From NCBI GenBank assembly GCA_965112735.1, contig OZ218963.1, positions 1,488,001 through 1,552,000 of the forward strand: a DNA stretch of 64,000 bases, read 5' to 3'. The stretch is from Phaeosaccion multiseriatum. Its lineage: Eukaryota; Protista; Ochrophyta, other classes. Below, in pieces: positions 11,646 to 24,653 of the stretch (the first letter of the stretch is position 1; the number at the start of each line of letters is the position of its first letter). The notes beneath the pieces are model-generated. The model was given only the letters and a program-made list of their open reading frames with translations. It made no database searches and was not told the DNA's origin. A program made the position numbers and the translations under genes.

Positions 11646-13128
11646 TGTAAAGAGTCACGTTGCTCTCCACCTAGGATAGGAGTAGCCGCATGGACAAGGT
11701 AATAGCAACCCCAAAGCCAGCCTGGCAGCCAGCCTTGTCTCTATTAGCTTTATCCGTGAGCCATCCTAAACGACCAACCTGCTGGGAGGTGAGTGAGAAA
11801 CGGGCCACGCACCGTTTCTCACAGTATTTGCCTGGGCCTGGGCCATTGACATAAAACTGACTTTCAACATCCCCGTCAGCCATCCCTGCACTTCTAACAT
11901 CCCCCTGAACTAAACTATTGCGTGTCCCCACGCAACTCAAAGCGGGTTCGCCTACTAAAGCTCGACTTGTAGCAAAAGCCTCCATGTTGCTTCCAATAAA
12001 AACGGATGAGAAATATGCAAAACTCACCCAGGTGTGTGCGACCGCTCCTCCAACACACACCCTCCTGTATTGGTGAGAAAACCCCACGACTCAAACTCAC
12101 CCACACAGGCTCACGGATGAGAACATCCCATGACTCAAACTCACCCGCGCAATTCTCTATCTCCACTCCTACTCGCCACCAGCGTTGCCAAAGCCTCGTT
12201 GCGCACCACTAATGCTGACTGCTCAAGTGTTTACTGGTGTGCCTACAAGGCACCCAGACAGTCCCTAAAGCAGCCTTGCGAGTATCCTTCTCTGTCTCCC
12301 GCCAAGCTCCGTGCAACAGCAACAGCCGCGCTGCTGCCACACTCGAAAGCCGTGCCCGCTGTAGGGCACCGCTCTCGGCAATTCTCTATCTCCACGGCCC
12401 ACCAAGCTCCAGCAGCAATTTCCGTGCAACAGCAACATCCGTGCTGCTGCCACACGCGAAAGCCATGCCCGCTGACTAAGGCACCACTCCCGGCAATTCT
12501 CTATCTCCACGGCCCATCAAGCTCCAGCAGCAATTTCCGTGCAACAGCAACATCCGTGCTGCTGCCACACTCGAAAGCCGTGCCCGCTGTAAGGCACCGC
12601 TCCCGGCAATTCTCTATCTCCACGGCCCACCAAGCTCCAGCAGCAATTTCCGTGTAACAGCAACATCCGTGCTGCTGCCACACTCGAAAGCCATGCCCGC
12701 TGTAAGGCACCGCTCCCGGCAATTCTCCATCTCCACTGCCCACCAAGCTCCAGCAGCAATTTCCGTGTAACAGCAACATCCGTACTGCTGCCACACTCGA
12801 AAGCCATGCCCGCTGTAAGGCACCGCTCCCGGCAAACTCAAAGCTACCGAGCTGCTGCCTGAGCCTCTTGGCCAAGGTCAGCTGCCTTCGGGATTCTTTG
12901 GGGTTGTAAAGAGTCACGTTGCTCTCCACCTAGGATAGGAGTAGCCGCATGGACAAGGTAATAGCAACCCCAAAGCCAGCCTGGCAGCCAGCCTTGTCTC
13001 TATTAGCTTTATCCGTGAGCCATCCTAAACGACCAACCTGCTGGGAGGTGAGTGAGAAACGGGCCACGCACCGTTTCTCACCGTATTTGCCTGGGCCTGG
13101 GCCATTGACATAATACTGACTTTCAACA
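11646..13128 (-). mobile_element. Non-autonomous LTR element E inserted in D pol
   Basis: 224-bp LTRs at 11646-11869 and 12905-13128; TSD CTGA; minus-strand PPT and self-complementary PBS ACCCCAAAG; no pol motifs. Confidence 0.93.
12300..12835. repeat. ~113-bp tandem repeat (about 4.5 units) inside E
   Basis: GGCAATTCTC recurs at 12377, 12492, 12605 and 12718. Confidence 0.9.
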
Positions 13129-13826
13129 CTGACGATACAGGGGCAGCGTATCTGCGGCGGGAGGCGAGGCGGAAGCAGATTGAGATGACGCTGGCGATTA
13201 AGCAGACAGGGCGTACCGGGGTGACGGTCAACCCGCGTGGGCATACGGTATCAGTGGTGCTTCAGTCTGCCCTTCAATTGCGCGAGCAGCTGTCACGGGC
13301 TCCGGTGTCGCTCACGGTGCAGGCCTTGGTGGACACCGGCGCCACTCACACGTGTGCCTCACGTGCGACCTTTGATCGTGGCGTCGCCGCAGGGGTCTTT
13401 CAGGTGCGCGATTTGGCGGAGGAGCGAGTGGCAGTTCGGTACGCCACGACTCAGGCCGCTACTTCAGCCTCGCTCGGTCGGGTGTGGGTGCAAATCGCCC
13501 TCACGCCTACGTGTCAGCCGGTGGTGGCCATGTGGGTAGTGGAACACCTCGCCCGTCCCTTGATATTAGGCCAAGACGTGCTCACAATGGTGGGGGCGGT
13601 TACTGACCACAAGGTTCATCAGCTGTACGTGCATCCTACGGAGGCGAGTTCTTCGTCGTCGGAGCCGCGGTCGGAGGCGAGTTCTTCGTCGTCGGAGCCG
13701 CGGTCGGAGGTTAACGACACCATCGCCGTGGCCGCTGTCAGCTCGGGGGAGTGTCAGGTGCTGGCGACTGAGGCACTCCGACTCGCCCCGGGCGGCAAGG
13801 CCGCGCTCGTGCTGGCGGTGGACGGG

Positions 13827-13918
13827 TGTTACGATATAAGGCATCCCAATATGCCTTCAGTATTATCCAAACGTTTGGATAATACTGAAGGCATATTGGG
13901 ATGCCTTATATCGTAACA
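13827..13918. mobile_element. H1 solo 92-bp perfect palindrome insertion
   Basis: TGTTACG...CGTAACA is perfectly self-complementary; 5-bp TSD ACGGG; removal restores the D reading frame. Confidence 0.93.
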
Positions 13919-16900
13919 ACGGGGGCGTCGCAGGCGGGCGTCTCAGTGTGGAGTTGGGTGCCCACGGGTCGTTGCAGGCGCAGCAGGAGGCGTTGTGGTG
14001 GCTGAATCACGAGCAAGTCCTGGTGAGTCGTGCGGCGTGCGTGGTCGGTGCCACGCAGCAGTGGAGCATCGGTATACACAATCAGCATAATGAGACGATC
14101 GTCGTGGTCCCTGGGCAGGCTGTGGGCGTGGGCACGTATCTGCTGGCGGAGGAGGATCGGCGAGCAGCGGTGGAGGTGGCGTTATGTGAGCCGGCGCCTC
14201 TTGGTGCGCAGTGCACGCCGCTAGGGGCCCTTCGTCCGCTCCCGCGTCGATGGGCACGCTGGGGTGCGTCTCGTGCTGTGGTCGGTGGCGAGGAGCGTGG
14301 TGGTGGTGTCGGTGGCGGAAGTGCAGCAGCAGCCGGAGGAGGAGGAGGAGGAGATGGCGGAGGAGGCGGAGGCGAAGGAGGAGGAGGAGGAGGAGGAGAT
14401 GGCGGAGGCGGCGAAGGTGGAGGAGGAGGAGGCAACGACGGAGCGCCCCGACAGGCGTGGCTCGAGGCTGTGGCTTTGCGTGAGCGCTGGGGACGCGAGA
14501 CAGTGGCCTCCGAGCTGGTCGATGGGCCTGAGGATGTTTGTGCAGCAGCAGCCGGAGGAGGAGGAGGAGGAGGAGATGGTGGAGGAGGCGGAGGCGAAGG
14601 AGGAGGAGGAGGAGGAGGAGATGGCGGAGGCGGCGAAGGTGGAGGAGGAGGAGGCAACGACGGAGCGCCCCGACAGGCGTGGCTCGAGGCTGTGGCTTTG
14701 CGTGAGCGATGGGGACGCGAGACAGTGGCCTCCGAGCTGGTCGATGGGCCTGAGGATGTTTTCCGCCCTGTGCCGCTGGGGCCCGTGGCTCTGGGAGCCG
14801 TCCGTGCTCCGGTAGTGCAGGCAGTGCGGCCCGTGACGAGGGAGTCGGGCAAACACAGGCCCTGCAGGCCTGCTCGACTGGGGCTCGGTCGGGGTCTACG
14901 GGTGGCGAGGCGGCACGTCTCACTCTCAGTGGAGGGGCCTTTTACTGCTGGTCCTTGCATCTTGGCTCGACACGCACGGGCTGTAGCGGCCGCAGCCGCA
15001 GCTGACGGCGGCGGCGGAGGCGCAGCAGTCGCAGGAGGCGGCGCAAGGGGAGGAGGAGGAGGAGGCGGCGGAGGAGCCGCAGGAGGAGGAGCACCTTCCC
15101 TGTGCGTGTCTGAGGCCGCTGTGGCAGCGGTGGACGGGGGGCCCTCAATTGGCGACGCTGGGCCTGGAGGAGGAGGAGGCGATGGAGGAGGAGCCCGCGG
15201 AGACGCAGAAGGAGGCGGAGGAGGGGGAGGAGGAGGAGGCGGAGGAGGAGGAGGAGGAGGAGGAGGAGACGCAGGAGGAGGGGCACCTTCCCTGTGCGTG
15301 TCTGAGGTCGGTGTGGCAGCGGTGGACGGGGGGCCCTCAATTGGCGACGCGGTGACTGGGGAGGTGGAGGTGGTGCCGACCACGGAGTCTCCCCAGGCCG
15401 CCCTGCATGCATTGCAGGATGACGTGACGGCTGGGCAGCAGGTTGAGGCTACTCAGGGCTGTCTGCAGGGCCCGACCTGGACTATCGACGAGCATGGTGC
15501 CTTGACGTTGGGCGGCACGGGTGAGGGACGGCAGGCGGGCACACGGGAGGCCGCTCACAGCTTGATCGTGCGTGAGTGGGCGCCTCGTCTCGCAGCGAGT
15601 GGGCAGGAGCGGCTCCGTACGTGTTTGGCGGCTGCGGAGGTGGGTGCAGTTACGGCTCTCCTGCTCCTCCGCCCACACGTGCAGCAGACGCAAGGGGGCC
15701 TGGAGGGTGTCGATGATGTGGTGGTGGCTCAGTGGTTGGAGCAACTCTTGTCCATGTGGAGCAGTCACTCGTTGCTGAAGCAGGCCGGTGTGGAGACGGA
15801 GCTGAACGCAGCACTGCAGTTGTTTCTCACCATTCGGCGGCTCCTGTGGCAGTGTCGTGCCCTGCGGGCGGAGGTGGGAGGGTTGGCAGGTGGTGAATGT
15901 GTGCAGCAGCAGAGGCGGCGGGCGCAAGCAGCAGTGGCACGGGCCAAATTCTACCGGGCGCAGCTGCCCCAGCACATGCACGCAATGACTATCGGTGATG
16001 AAGGTTGGACAGAAGCGCAGCGGTGGGGCTTGGTGGTGGTGTTGAAGCAGCGAGTAGCGGCCTTCTGCGTGGATGGGAGCGATTACGGCCGCACAGATTC
16101 GGGCCGGTTTGGGTTTCCGTTGCTGGACCCGAAGCAGCCGCCAATTCGGAGTGCGGCACGGCGCTACCCTCCTCCGGTCCGGCGCGGTATTGAGATTGAG
16201 TTGAACAAGATGTTAGCAGCAGAGATCATCCGGCCCAGCACAGCAGCCTGGGCCACTCCACTCATGGCCGTGTTGAAGACGGACGAGCACGGCAACACCA
16301 AGTGCCACGAGGACGGCACTCCGATCGTGCGGATGACGTGTGACCTGTCGCAGCTCAATGACGCGTGCCGCACGGAGGCGCCCGCCATGCCAGTGGTGGA
16401 TGATTTGCTGGCGGAAATGCAGGGGTCTACGGTCTTTTCGGTGATGGACATAATGTCTGGCTACTTCAATGTGCCCATGGCCACCACGGAGGATGAGGAC
16501 ATCTCTACATTTGTTTGCCACAGTGGCACGTACGCCTGGAGAGTCATGCCACAAGGAGCGAAGAATGCACCCGCCACGTTCGTACGCCTTATGAACACGG
16601 TGTTGCAGGGCCTACAGGCATTCGTGGCGTGCTTCGTGGACGACATTGCAGTTTTCTCCGCCACGGTGGATCAGCACATTGGCCAGTTAGACCAAGTTCT
16701 CGGCAGGATGGTGCAGCACAAGCTCAAGCTGGCGCCGAGCAAGGTGGTGTTGGGGGCATCTCAGGTGCGCTTCTGTGGGCATTTGGTGGATAGTGAGGGG
16801 GTGCGGGCCGATCCAGCCAAGTATGCAGCAGTTCGAGCGCTGGCCAAGCCCACTGCGCAATCAGGCAATCAGGTGCGACAGGTCAGGCGATTTGTAGGCA

Positions 16901-18810
16901 TGCTCAGCTACTTCCGCAAATTCATTCCGGCGTTTGCCATGAAGGTGCGGCCGCTCAATGAGCTCTTGCGCAAAGGGGTGGATGTGCGGTCAGCGTGGGG
17001 GCCGAGGCACGACGCGGCGTGGGAGGGGCTCATCGAGGACCTGCTCCGCTCGCCCGCGTTGGCCTTCCCTCACTATGGCTCGGAATCGGTGTTCACGCTC
17101 AGCACCGACGCTTCAGCAGACGGGTTAGGGGGTGTGCTGACGCAGCGGGATGCCGAGGGGGTGGAGCGAGTCGTGACGTTCATCAGTCGTGCCACTACCC
17201 CCACGGAGGCTCGGCTAGGCAGTACGGAGCTCGAGCTCTTGGCGGTGGTTTGGTGTGTGCGCAAGTTGAGCATGTACATTTGCCACCATCCCTGCACGGT
17301 GGTGACGGACCACCAACCCTTGCTGTGGCTGGCGACGCACAAGGACACCAACTCCAAGCCCTTTCGGTGGTATGAACGGCTCTCTGCTCATCATCTCAAG
17401 TTTGTCCACAAACCGGGGCGGGAGCTTGTGGTGCCTGACTGCTTGTCACGCGACCCCTTGCCAGTGACCGAGTGGTGTGATGCGGTGGGAGTGGAGGTGG
17501 CGTTGGTGGATGTGGTGGGTGACACCCTCGCGTTAGGGTGGGAGGATCCGGTGGAAGGTGCGGTGCTGCGGTTTGTTGCCGCGGCGCAGCAGTTGCAAGG
17601 GGAGGCGGTGGCGGCTCAGTCAGTGCCTATGGAGGGACTCTCGTCGGTCACGGCGAGACAGCAAGCGTCGGCAGGTTTGGAGGCGCTGTGCGTGGACAGT
17701 GTGGCGATCGCGGCACCAGGCGGCTTCGGGTCGGCTCGGCTGCAGCACGTGGAGCAGATGCGGCAATGTGGCTGGGCTCCAGTGACCCTGTCCCACATCA
17801 ACGAGAAGAAACGGGTGATAGAGGAGTGGTCTCAGCTGCCGCTGTTTCTCAGCCACGTGCCAGCAGCGCGGTGCACGTACATACGCACGGAGGAGCAGGT
17901 GTGGGACATGCGAGCGGCACTGCGGGAGGCGACAGTGGTGGCCATGGACTCGGAGTGGGCTATACGCACTCCTCCTCGGCCGGCGTCTCTGCTGCAATTG
18001 GGTGTTCAGTATAGCGGCGTCGCCAATTCGGAGCGTGATTGTGGGTTCTGGGTGGATTTGGACAGTTTGAGTGGCAATGGTGGTATGGAGGCGCTGGCGG
18101 CGGTGCTGAGTGAGCTGTGGGGCGACGGGGGGATTATGAAGCTGGCGCATCACTGGAGTCACGACCAGCGTGCCCTAGGGAAGTGGCCGGCGTTGGCGCC
18201 GCATGTGTGGACCATCGCCAACTTGGTCGACACGACGCATTTATTCAAGGAGGTGTGGCCTGAGCACTGCCGTCCCATTGGCTTAGCAGACCTGGTTAGT
18301 ATGTTCCTGCAGCGTTTTATGAGCAAGGAGGAGCAGAAGACGGATTGGACTCAGCGGGAGCTCACTGCGGCCCAGCTCAGCTATGCCTTCGACGATGTGG
18401 CCGCATTACTACAGTTGCTGCCGAAGATGCGGGCTTGTGCAGTTCCGGTGCCGTCTGCGATGGAAGTGAGCGCGGTGGATAGCGGGGTGGCGGGTGTGAC
18501 GCGTGCTGAGATGCGCGCAGGACAGTTCGTCTCTGCCGGGGTGGGGTATTGGGCCGATCGGGAGCACGCCAGTCCACTCTTCATTTTCTCAGCGACCGCT
18601 AAGTCAGTGGAGATGATCGACCTGATCCTTCTTTCTTACCGACATCCCCAGTGGACCTGGACGGAGCTCATGGACGCAGTGGAGCAGTTCAGGGCGCGCT
18701 ATCGGCCGGCCGCGGCGCGGAGGCGTGGCAAGCTGTCACTACCTCGAGCGGTTATGATTGAGAAGACGTGGAGTGCCATCGCCGCAGATACGGGCGGCTA
18801 CTACACCATG

Positions 18811-21800
18811 TGTGGAAAGTCAGTCGTATGTCAGTGGCCCAGGCCTAGGCAACGCAGTGAGAAACGGTGCCCGTTTCTCACTATCCTCCTGTAGGTGGTC
18901 GTTTAGGACAGTGCATAGATAAGCTAATAGATACAAGGCCGGCTGTCAGGCTAGCTTTGGGGTGCTGCTACCTTATCTGTGTGTCTAGTCCGTTTCGTGG
19001 AGGTCTAAGCACGACTTTCCACAACCCCAAAGCTGAGAAAGAGAGACGGCAGCAGGCGCAACAAGCTGCCTTGGCTGAGGAAGCTCAGCGCAAGCTGCAA
19101 GAGGTACACACGCAGGCTCAAGCGGAGAGCACGCGGGTACAGCAAGTGCGGGACTGGCAAGAGCGGGAGGACGCACTGCGGGCTGTGGCTCAGCCTGTAG
19201 TGCGGGTGAATGGCGTTCTCAGTGGTCTTGGTTCCACTACCGAAGTTGGTGCGCGGCCAAAGAGGAGGGGGCGGCGGTCGAAGAAGCGCAAGGTAAGGCC
19301 CGACGGGGTCAGGGATCCGGCAGAGCGGCAGCTTGAGGAGGAGCGCCAGTGGCAGCAGGAGATGGACGCGATGAAGTGTGATCCGGCAAGGCAGCGCCGG
19401 TGGCAGCAGGAGATTGCAGCGGATCGTCCGGCCTGGTTGGACCGGCCTCCTCTCTCTCTGAAGGATCGGATGCAGCAAGTGGAAGCGGCGCAGGCGCGGC
19501 TGCAGAAGCTGATGGACGAGAAGGCGGCCCAGCTGCTGGCGACGGAGCAGGCCGCGCATGGAGTGCCTCGTACGGTTGCAACGCTGGGACAGCAGGTGAC
19601 GGTGGGGACGAGCCAGCGCTAGCGCAGCCGTGCGCAGCCACGGAGGGTGAGTTTGAGGCCTTGGGCTTTCTCACCCTGCCGTGGCAGGTGTGTGGCAGGG
19701 TGACCTGTGGAGTAACACGTCACACACTGGTGGGTGAGTTTTGCATATTTCTCATCCGGTTTTTTTGGAAGCAGCATAAAGGGGTTTGCTACAGTGTAGC
19801 TTCAGTAGGTGAAAACGCTTGAGTTGCGTGGGGACACGCAACAGTCTTGTCAGGGGAGTGTTAGAAGTGCAGGGATGGCTGACGGGGATGTGGAAAGTCA
19901 GTCGTATGTCAGTGGCCCAGGCCTAGGCAACGCAGTGAGAAACGGTGCCCGTTTCTCACTATCCTCCTGTAGGTGGTCGTTTAGGACAGTGCATAGATAA
20001 GCTAATAGATACAAGGCCTGCTGTCAGGCTAGCTTTGGGGTGCTGCTACCTTATCTGTGTGTCTAGTCCGTTTCGTGGAGGTCTAAGCACGACTTTCCAC
20101 AACCCCAAAGATCCTCCTGTAGGTGGTCGTTTAGGACAGTGCATAGAAAAGCTAATAGATACAAGGCCGGCTGTCAGGCTAGCTTTGGGGTGCTGCTACC
20201 TTATCTGTGTGTCTAGTCCGTTTCGTGGAGGTCTAAGCACGACTTTCCACAACCCCAAAGCTCGAAGACAGTTTGGCACTTGACCAATAGGCTCAGCAGA
20301 GGGAGACTTTGAGTTCATCGTGCGCTAGACTAGCACGTGGACGTTTTTGGTTAGTGTCCAAGGCACGGACACGCCACAGCTTGCTCCGTCAGGGGCGTTT
20401 AGCTTAATTAGCTTTGCTTGGCTTGGCTTTGCTTGGGAACCGGTGGGAGAATTTATTTGTGGGAGAATTTATTGCTTGGCTTTGAAAGAGTGGCACAGCA
20501 GCGCTACCGTGGATCGGCAGCAAGAGGTAGCTAGGGATATTGCAAGGAGCAGCTGCAGGGGCAGCAGCAGGAGGCACGGAAGGATTGGCGCGCAGCTGCA
20601 GGGGCAGCAGCAAAGGATTGGATACAGCAGCTGCAGGGGCAGCAGCAGGAGGCACGGGTATCCGCTATACTTAATCAGAGGGGACCGCTGATTTAGAGGT
20701 TAGCGGCAGGAGATACAGCAGGCTTGGCTGGAGAGGCAGGGGGCGCAGCAGCAGGTGTTGGATACCGCAGCAGCTGCAGAGGCAGCAGCAGCAGCAGCAG
20801 GCACGGATATCAGGCATAATTAGGCACGCTCGGAGGGAGCAGCTGCAGGGGCGCAGCAAGAGGGAAGATGCCGGCATGGCGCGGCGATCGGCTGGCACAG
20901 AGTAAGCGTACTGGCTGGTCCCAGGAGGAACCGATGGGGGATCACGACATGGTCAATCGGTTGATGGAGGAGCTGCATGGAATCAGGATGGACCTTGCAG
21001 CACTTCCGGTGCTACTGGGCCAGCTATTGGGTCGGGATCCAAGGCAGCAGTCGGAGGTGCAGGTAGCTGCTGCACAGGTGGGGTCGGGCAGCAAGCAGAA
21101 ACGATCTAAGGTCGACTGTGGGGCAGGGCAAGTCTTTTCGTGCTTTCACTGCAAGAAGGAGCACTGTCTCTCTCGCTGCCCTACCGAACCGACCACCGGA
21201 GCCATGGTGAGGAAGATGGTGGATGCAGGGAAGCGGTACGGCTTGGGTACAGCTTCCCAGGTGGTGGTGACGCTTGTGCAGCGCACTGAGCAATACAAGC
21301 GCGTCCTTGCTCAGCTGGTGAAGGCCGTGACGACGACAGGGCAGGCAGCACAGCGCAGAGCCTCGAAGGAGTTGCAGACGCTAGAGCTGACGGTGGCGGC
21401 CGCGGCGCAGTCTCGGCTTCGGGTGGCGCAAGCGCAGGCTCAGGAGGAGCAGGTAGAGCAGGCTGGCGTCACGCTTGCAGAGGGGTCAGTGTCTGCTGCG
21501 GTCCTCGAGCGGGAGCGGCAGGAGCGCGAGTCTGTTTGGCTGGAGGAGGAACAGTTGGAGCGGGCGCGTGTGTGTGCGGCTCAGGAGCGGGTGGAGAGGC
21601 GCCGCGTCGGGGAGAAAGAGAGACGGCAGCAGGCGCAACAAGCTGCCTTGGCTGAGGAAGCTCAGCGCAAGCTGCAAGAGGTACACACGCAGGCTCAAGC
21701 GGAGAGCACGCGGGCACAGCAAGTGCGGGACTGGCAAGAGCCTGTGGCATGGTGTTCTCAGTGGTCTTGGTTCCACTACCGAAGTTGGTGCGCGGCCAAA

Positions 21801-22586
21801 GAGGAGGGGGCGGCGGTCGAAGAAGCGCAAGGTAAGGCCCGACGGGGTCAGGGATCCGGCAGAGCGGCAGCTTGAGGAGGAGCGCCAGTGGCAGCAGGAG
21901 ATTGACGCGATGAAGTGTGATCCGGCAAGGCAGCGCCGGTGGCAGCAGGAGTTTAAAGCGAATCCTCCGGACGGGTGGGACGGGACTCCTCACTCTCTGA
22001 AGGATCGGCTGCAGCAATTGGAAACGGAGCGGGCCGCGCAGGGAGTGCCTCGTACGGTTGCAAAGCTGGGACAGCAGGTGACGGTGGGGACGAGCCAGCG
22101 CTAGCGCAGTCGTGCGCAGCCACGGAGGGTGAGTTTGAGGCCTTGGGCTTTCTCACCCTGCCGTGGCAGGTGTGTGGAAGGGTGACTTGTGGAGTGCCAA
22201 GTCACACACACACTGGTGGGTGAGTTTTGCATATTTCTCATCCGGTTTTTTGGAAGCAGCATAAAAGGTTTTGCTACAGTCGAGCTTCAGTAGGCGAAAA
22301 CGCCTGAGTTGCGTTGGGACACGCAACAGTCTTGTCAGGGGAGTGTTAGAAGTGCAGGGATGGCTGACGGGGATGTGGAAAGTCAGTCGTATGTCAGTGG
22401 CCCAGGCCTAGGCAACGCAGTGAGAAACGGTGCCCGTTTCTCACTATCCTCCTGTAGGTGGTCGTTTAGGACAGTGCATAGATAAGCTAATAGATACAAG
22501 GCCGGCTGTCAGGCTAGCTTTGGGGTGCTGCTACCTTATCTGTGTGTCTAGTCCGTTTCGTGGAGGTCTAAGCACGACTTTCCACA
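18811..22586 (+). mobile_element. Tandem array of non-autonomous LTR element E2 (related to E)
   Basis: 213-bp LTRs at 18811-19023, 19889-20101 and 22374-22586, plus a partial LTR at 20111-20251. PBS ACCCCAAAGCT and PPT present. Flanks CATG/TTTG do not match, so it is probably recombinant. Confidence 0.9.
20868..22104 (+). CDS. Gag-like/coiled-coil ORF of E2 (frameshifted near 21750; deleted version at 19030-19622)
   Basis: Knuckle CFHCKKEHCLSRC. Segment ESVWLEEEQLERARVCA resembles ESVWMDARGLERVRACA in the B spacer ORF. Confidence 0.6.
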
Positions 22587-23452
22587 TTTGGGACCAGAAA
22601 ATAATTTCCCTAATCTTTGCTTTTCCCAAATAAATTCGGGAAGGATTGGCGAGGATGAATAAATTATTTACGATTTAGGACTGGGAAAGTGGGTTTTCCT
22701 CAAATCGCAGACACCCTACTATACCTTCCCCACTATATTTTTCCTCTCTGCCGTTTCTCCGCTTCGTGTACGCCGTCTGTGCCCAAGGTTACGTTCAGAA
22801 AGAAAAAAAGGCTAAGCCCACTATCAATTGGTCATACACACACAACGTGACGAGTCAGCAACTGTCTGAAGGTAGACACACACAATCACACACAGCACAC
22901 ACACGTGTTGTAGATTACCACGCCCACACCGCTTTAGGCTTGCCCTGCGTCAGGAACAGGAGCGCAGGTAGGATTCGAACCCGGTACTACATACTACGAA
23001 GTACAAACATGGTGTTTGTAAAAAAATATAATTAAAAAATAAAACGCTCTGCCACCAAGAGACGTGCGTGGATTTGGGTGTCGGAGCGCGGCATGCCCAC
23101 TGACTTGTCGCCGCGCACGACGCCTACATTCAGAATCGAACCCGCACCCTTAACTGTCGTGTTTCCTTTACGTGTAGTACCCAAAATTCCAATTCCCTCA
23201 TTTTTTCCAGGGGGTCTCACATGCGCATCCTTTTCCTCTCCCATTTTTTTTTTTTTTTTTTCCTTTCTTCTCTACGCCTCCTGCATAGTCCCATTCACCA
23301 GCAACAGCACCATGGCGCCCCCTACTCGACAGAGCAACAAGACGAGCACTCCTACTCAAAGTGGCAAGGAAGCGAGGAGGGGCAGTGTAAGAAGGCATCC
23401 TTTTGCTAGGCTGGCAGCTATCCACTGAATATTCACGGGGGTAGCTGCCAGC

Positions 23453-24182
23453 TGTGGAGTCGTGCACTGAAAGGATGACTACCAATAGCAATAGACCCTA
23501 CCTGCACATAGCAGGAGGTCAGTCGCTATCCACCAGAGGTGGAGCACTCGTGAGAAAACGAAAGGACGAGAGATGAAGTAATATTTTAGGAGATGGAAAG
23601 AACTAAAAGGAAACTGAAACTGAACGAAGAAACTGAAACTATGAACTGACGACATTTGTGAGCATACCTCCACAGTCCCCCCTTTGAAAGCATGTGTGCA
23701 TACGCAGACATGATAAGGAAAGAGAAAGAGATGAACACAAATAGGAGGAAAGGAAGTAAGGAAAAGAGGGAAATCCACACAGACTGGCTACACCGACTTG
23801 GGAACAGAACAGATGGAGGGAAAAGCTGCCTCACACAAGGGGGAGGGAAAAAGCGGCCACACAAACAGTCCAGAAACACCAGAGAGTAGAGAGAATTAGC
23901 CCTAGCTACACCGACTTGGGAACAGAACAGATGGAGGGAAAAGCTGCCTCACACAAGGGGGAGGGAAAAAGCGGCCTCACAAACAGTCTAGAAACACCAG
24001 AGGGTAGGGAGAATTATTTCAGGGCACATTGGTACTCAGAAGGTATAGGAAAGAGTCCGAGGGAAACAGAAGAAGATTAGAAGTGAGGAGAGTAACGGTC
24101 ACGGAGAAAGGTGACAGGAAACTGAAACTGAACGAAGAAACTGAAACTATGAACTGACGACATTTGTGAGCATACCTCCACA
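23453..24182 (-). mobile_element. Internally deleted LTR element G inserted in an H4 hairpin
   Basis: TGTGGAG..CTCCACA LTR at 23453-23674 followed by GTCCCCCC (minus-strand PPT). Last ~66 bp of the LTR repeated at 24117-24182. TSD CAGC. Internal ~110-bp tandem duplication. Confidence 0.8.
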
Positions 24183-24596
24183 CAGCCCAGCAAAAGGATG
24201 CCTTCTTACATGCCTGTCAGTTAAGGTCGATCCTTCCCCCCCCTCCGAAAACTCCTCCGAAAACCTTGGGGGGGTAACTACCTAGGATTTCTCCCACACC
24301 GAGCCCGTTACCTCGAATTTCAGTGTCATGGCCAACTTTCGCCCTCGGAAATTTTCTCACCATCCTCAGAATCGAACCCCGTCTGGGCATGTAAGAAAGC
24401 ATCCTTTTGCTAGGCTGGCAGCTATCCACTGAATATTCACGGGGGTAGCTGCCAGCCTAGCAAAAGGATGCCTTCTTACATGCCCAGACGGGGTTCGATT
24501 CTGTGAATGGTGAGAAAATTTCCGAGGGCGAAAGTTGGGCATGACACTGAAATTCGAGGTAACGGGCTCGGTGTGGGAGAAATCCTAGGTAGTTAC

Positions 24597-24653
24597 TGTG
24601 CTGGCGCAATACTAGAGGTTCAGGATAATAAGACGTTATCTGAACTTAGCACA
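24597..24653. mobile_element. 57-bp TGTGCT..AGCACA mini insertion
   Basis: Absent from the mirror arm of the H4 dimer; imperfect TSD TTAC/TTTC; internal inverted repeat GTTCAG(G)ATAA..TTATCTGAAC. Confidence 0.65.

Larger units (their letters stand above)
7598..18810 (+). mobile_element. Large exonuclease-bearing Gypsy LTR retrotransposon, copy D; 3'-truncated (integrase and 3' LTR lost), carries E and H1 insertions
   Basis: 200-bp TG..CA 5' LTR at 7598-7797, with a homolog at 53080-53383 (minus). Self-complementary PBS 7798-7805. gag 8032-9651. pol is colinear and homologous with element B and is cut off by an E2 LTR at 18811. Confidence 0.92.
9652..18810 (+). pseudogene. pol: Pol of element D: Glu-rich spacer, Cys motif, protease, dUTPase-like fold, Gly-rich linker, RT, RNase H, DEDDy exonuclease
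   Basis: ORFs 9712-11679, 13185-13916 and 13948-18894 join in frame once E (11646-13128) and H1 (13827-13918) are removed with one TSD each. Motifs: ALVDTGA; FVDD (16633-16644); STDAS/TDHQPL; MDSEW, HHWSHD, YAFDD. Confidence 0.9.

Noticed and set aside
12300-12835. CRISPR-like array
   Set aside because: Whole ~113-bp units repeat with no unique spacers, there are no cas genes, and the context is eukaryotic.
22955-23000. tRNA gene (GGTTCGAATCC on the minus strand)
   Set aside because: Only a B-box-like motif; no acceptor stem, D-arm or anticodon arm found.
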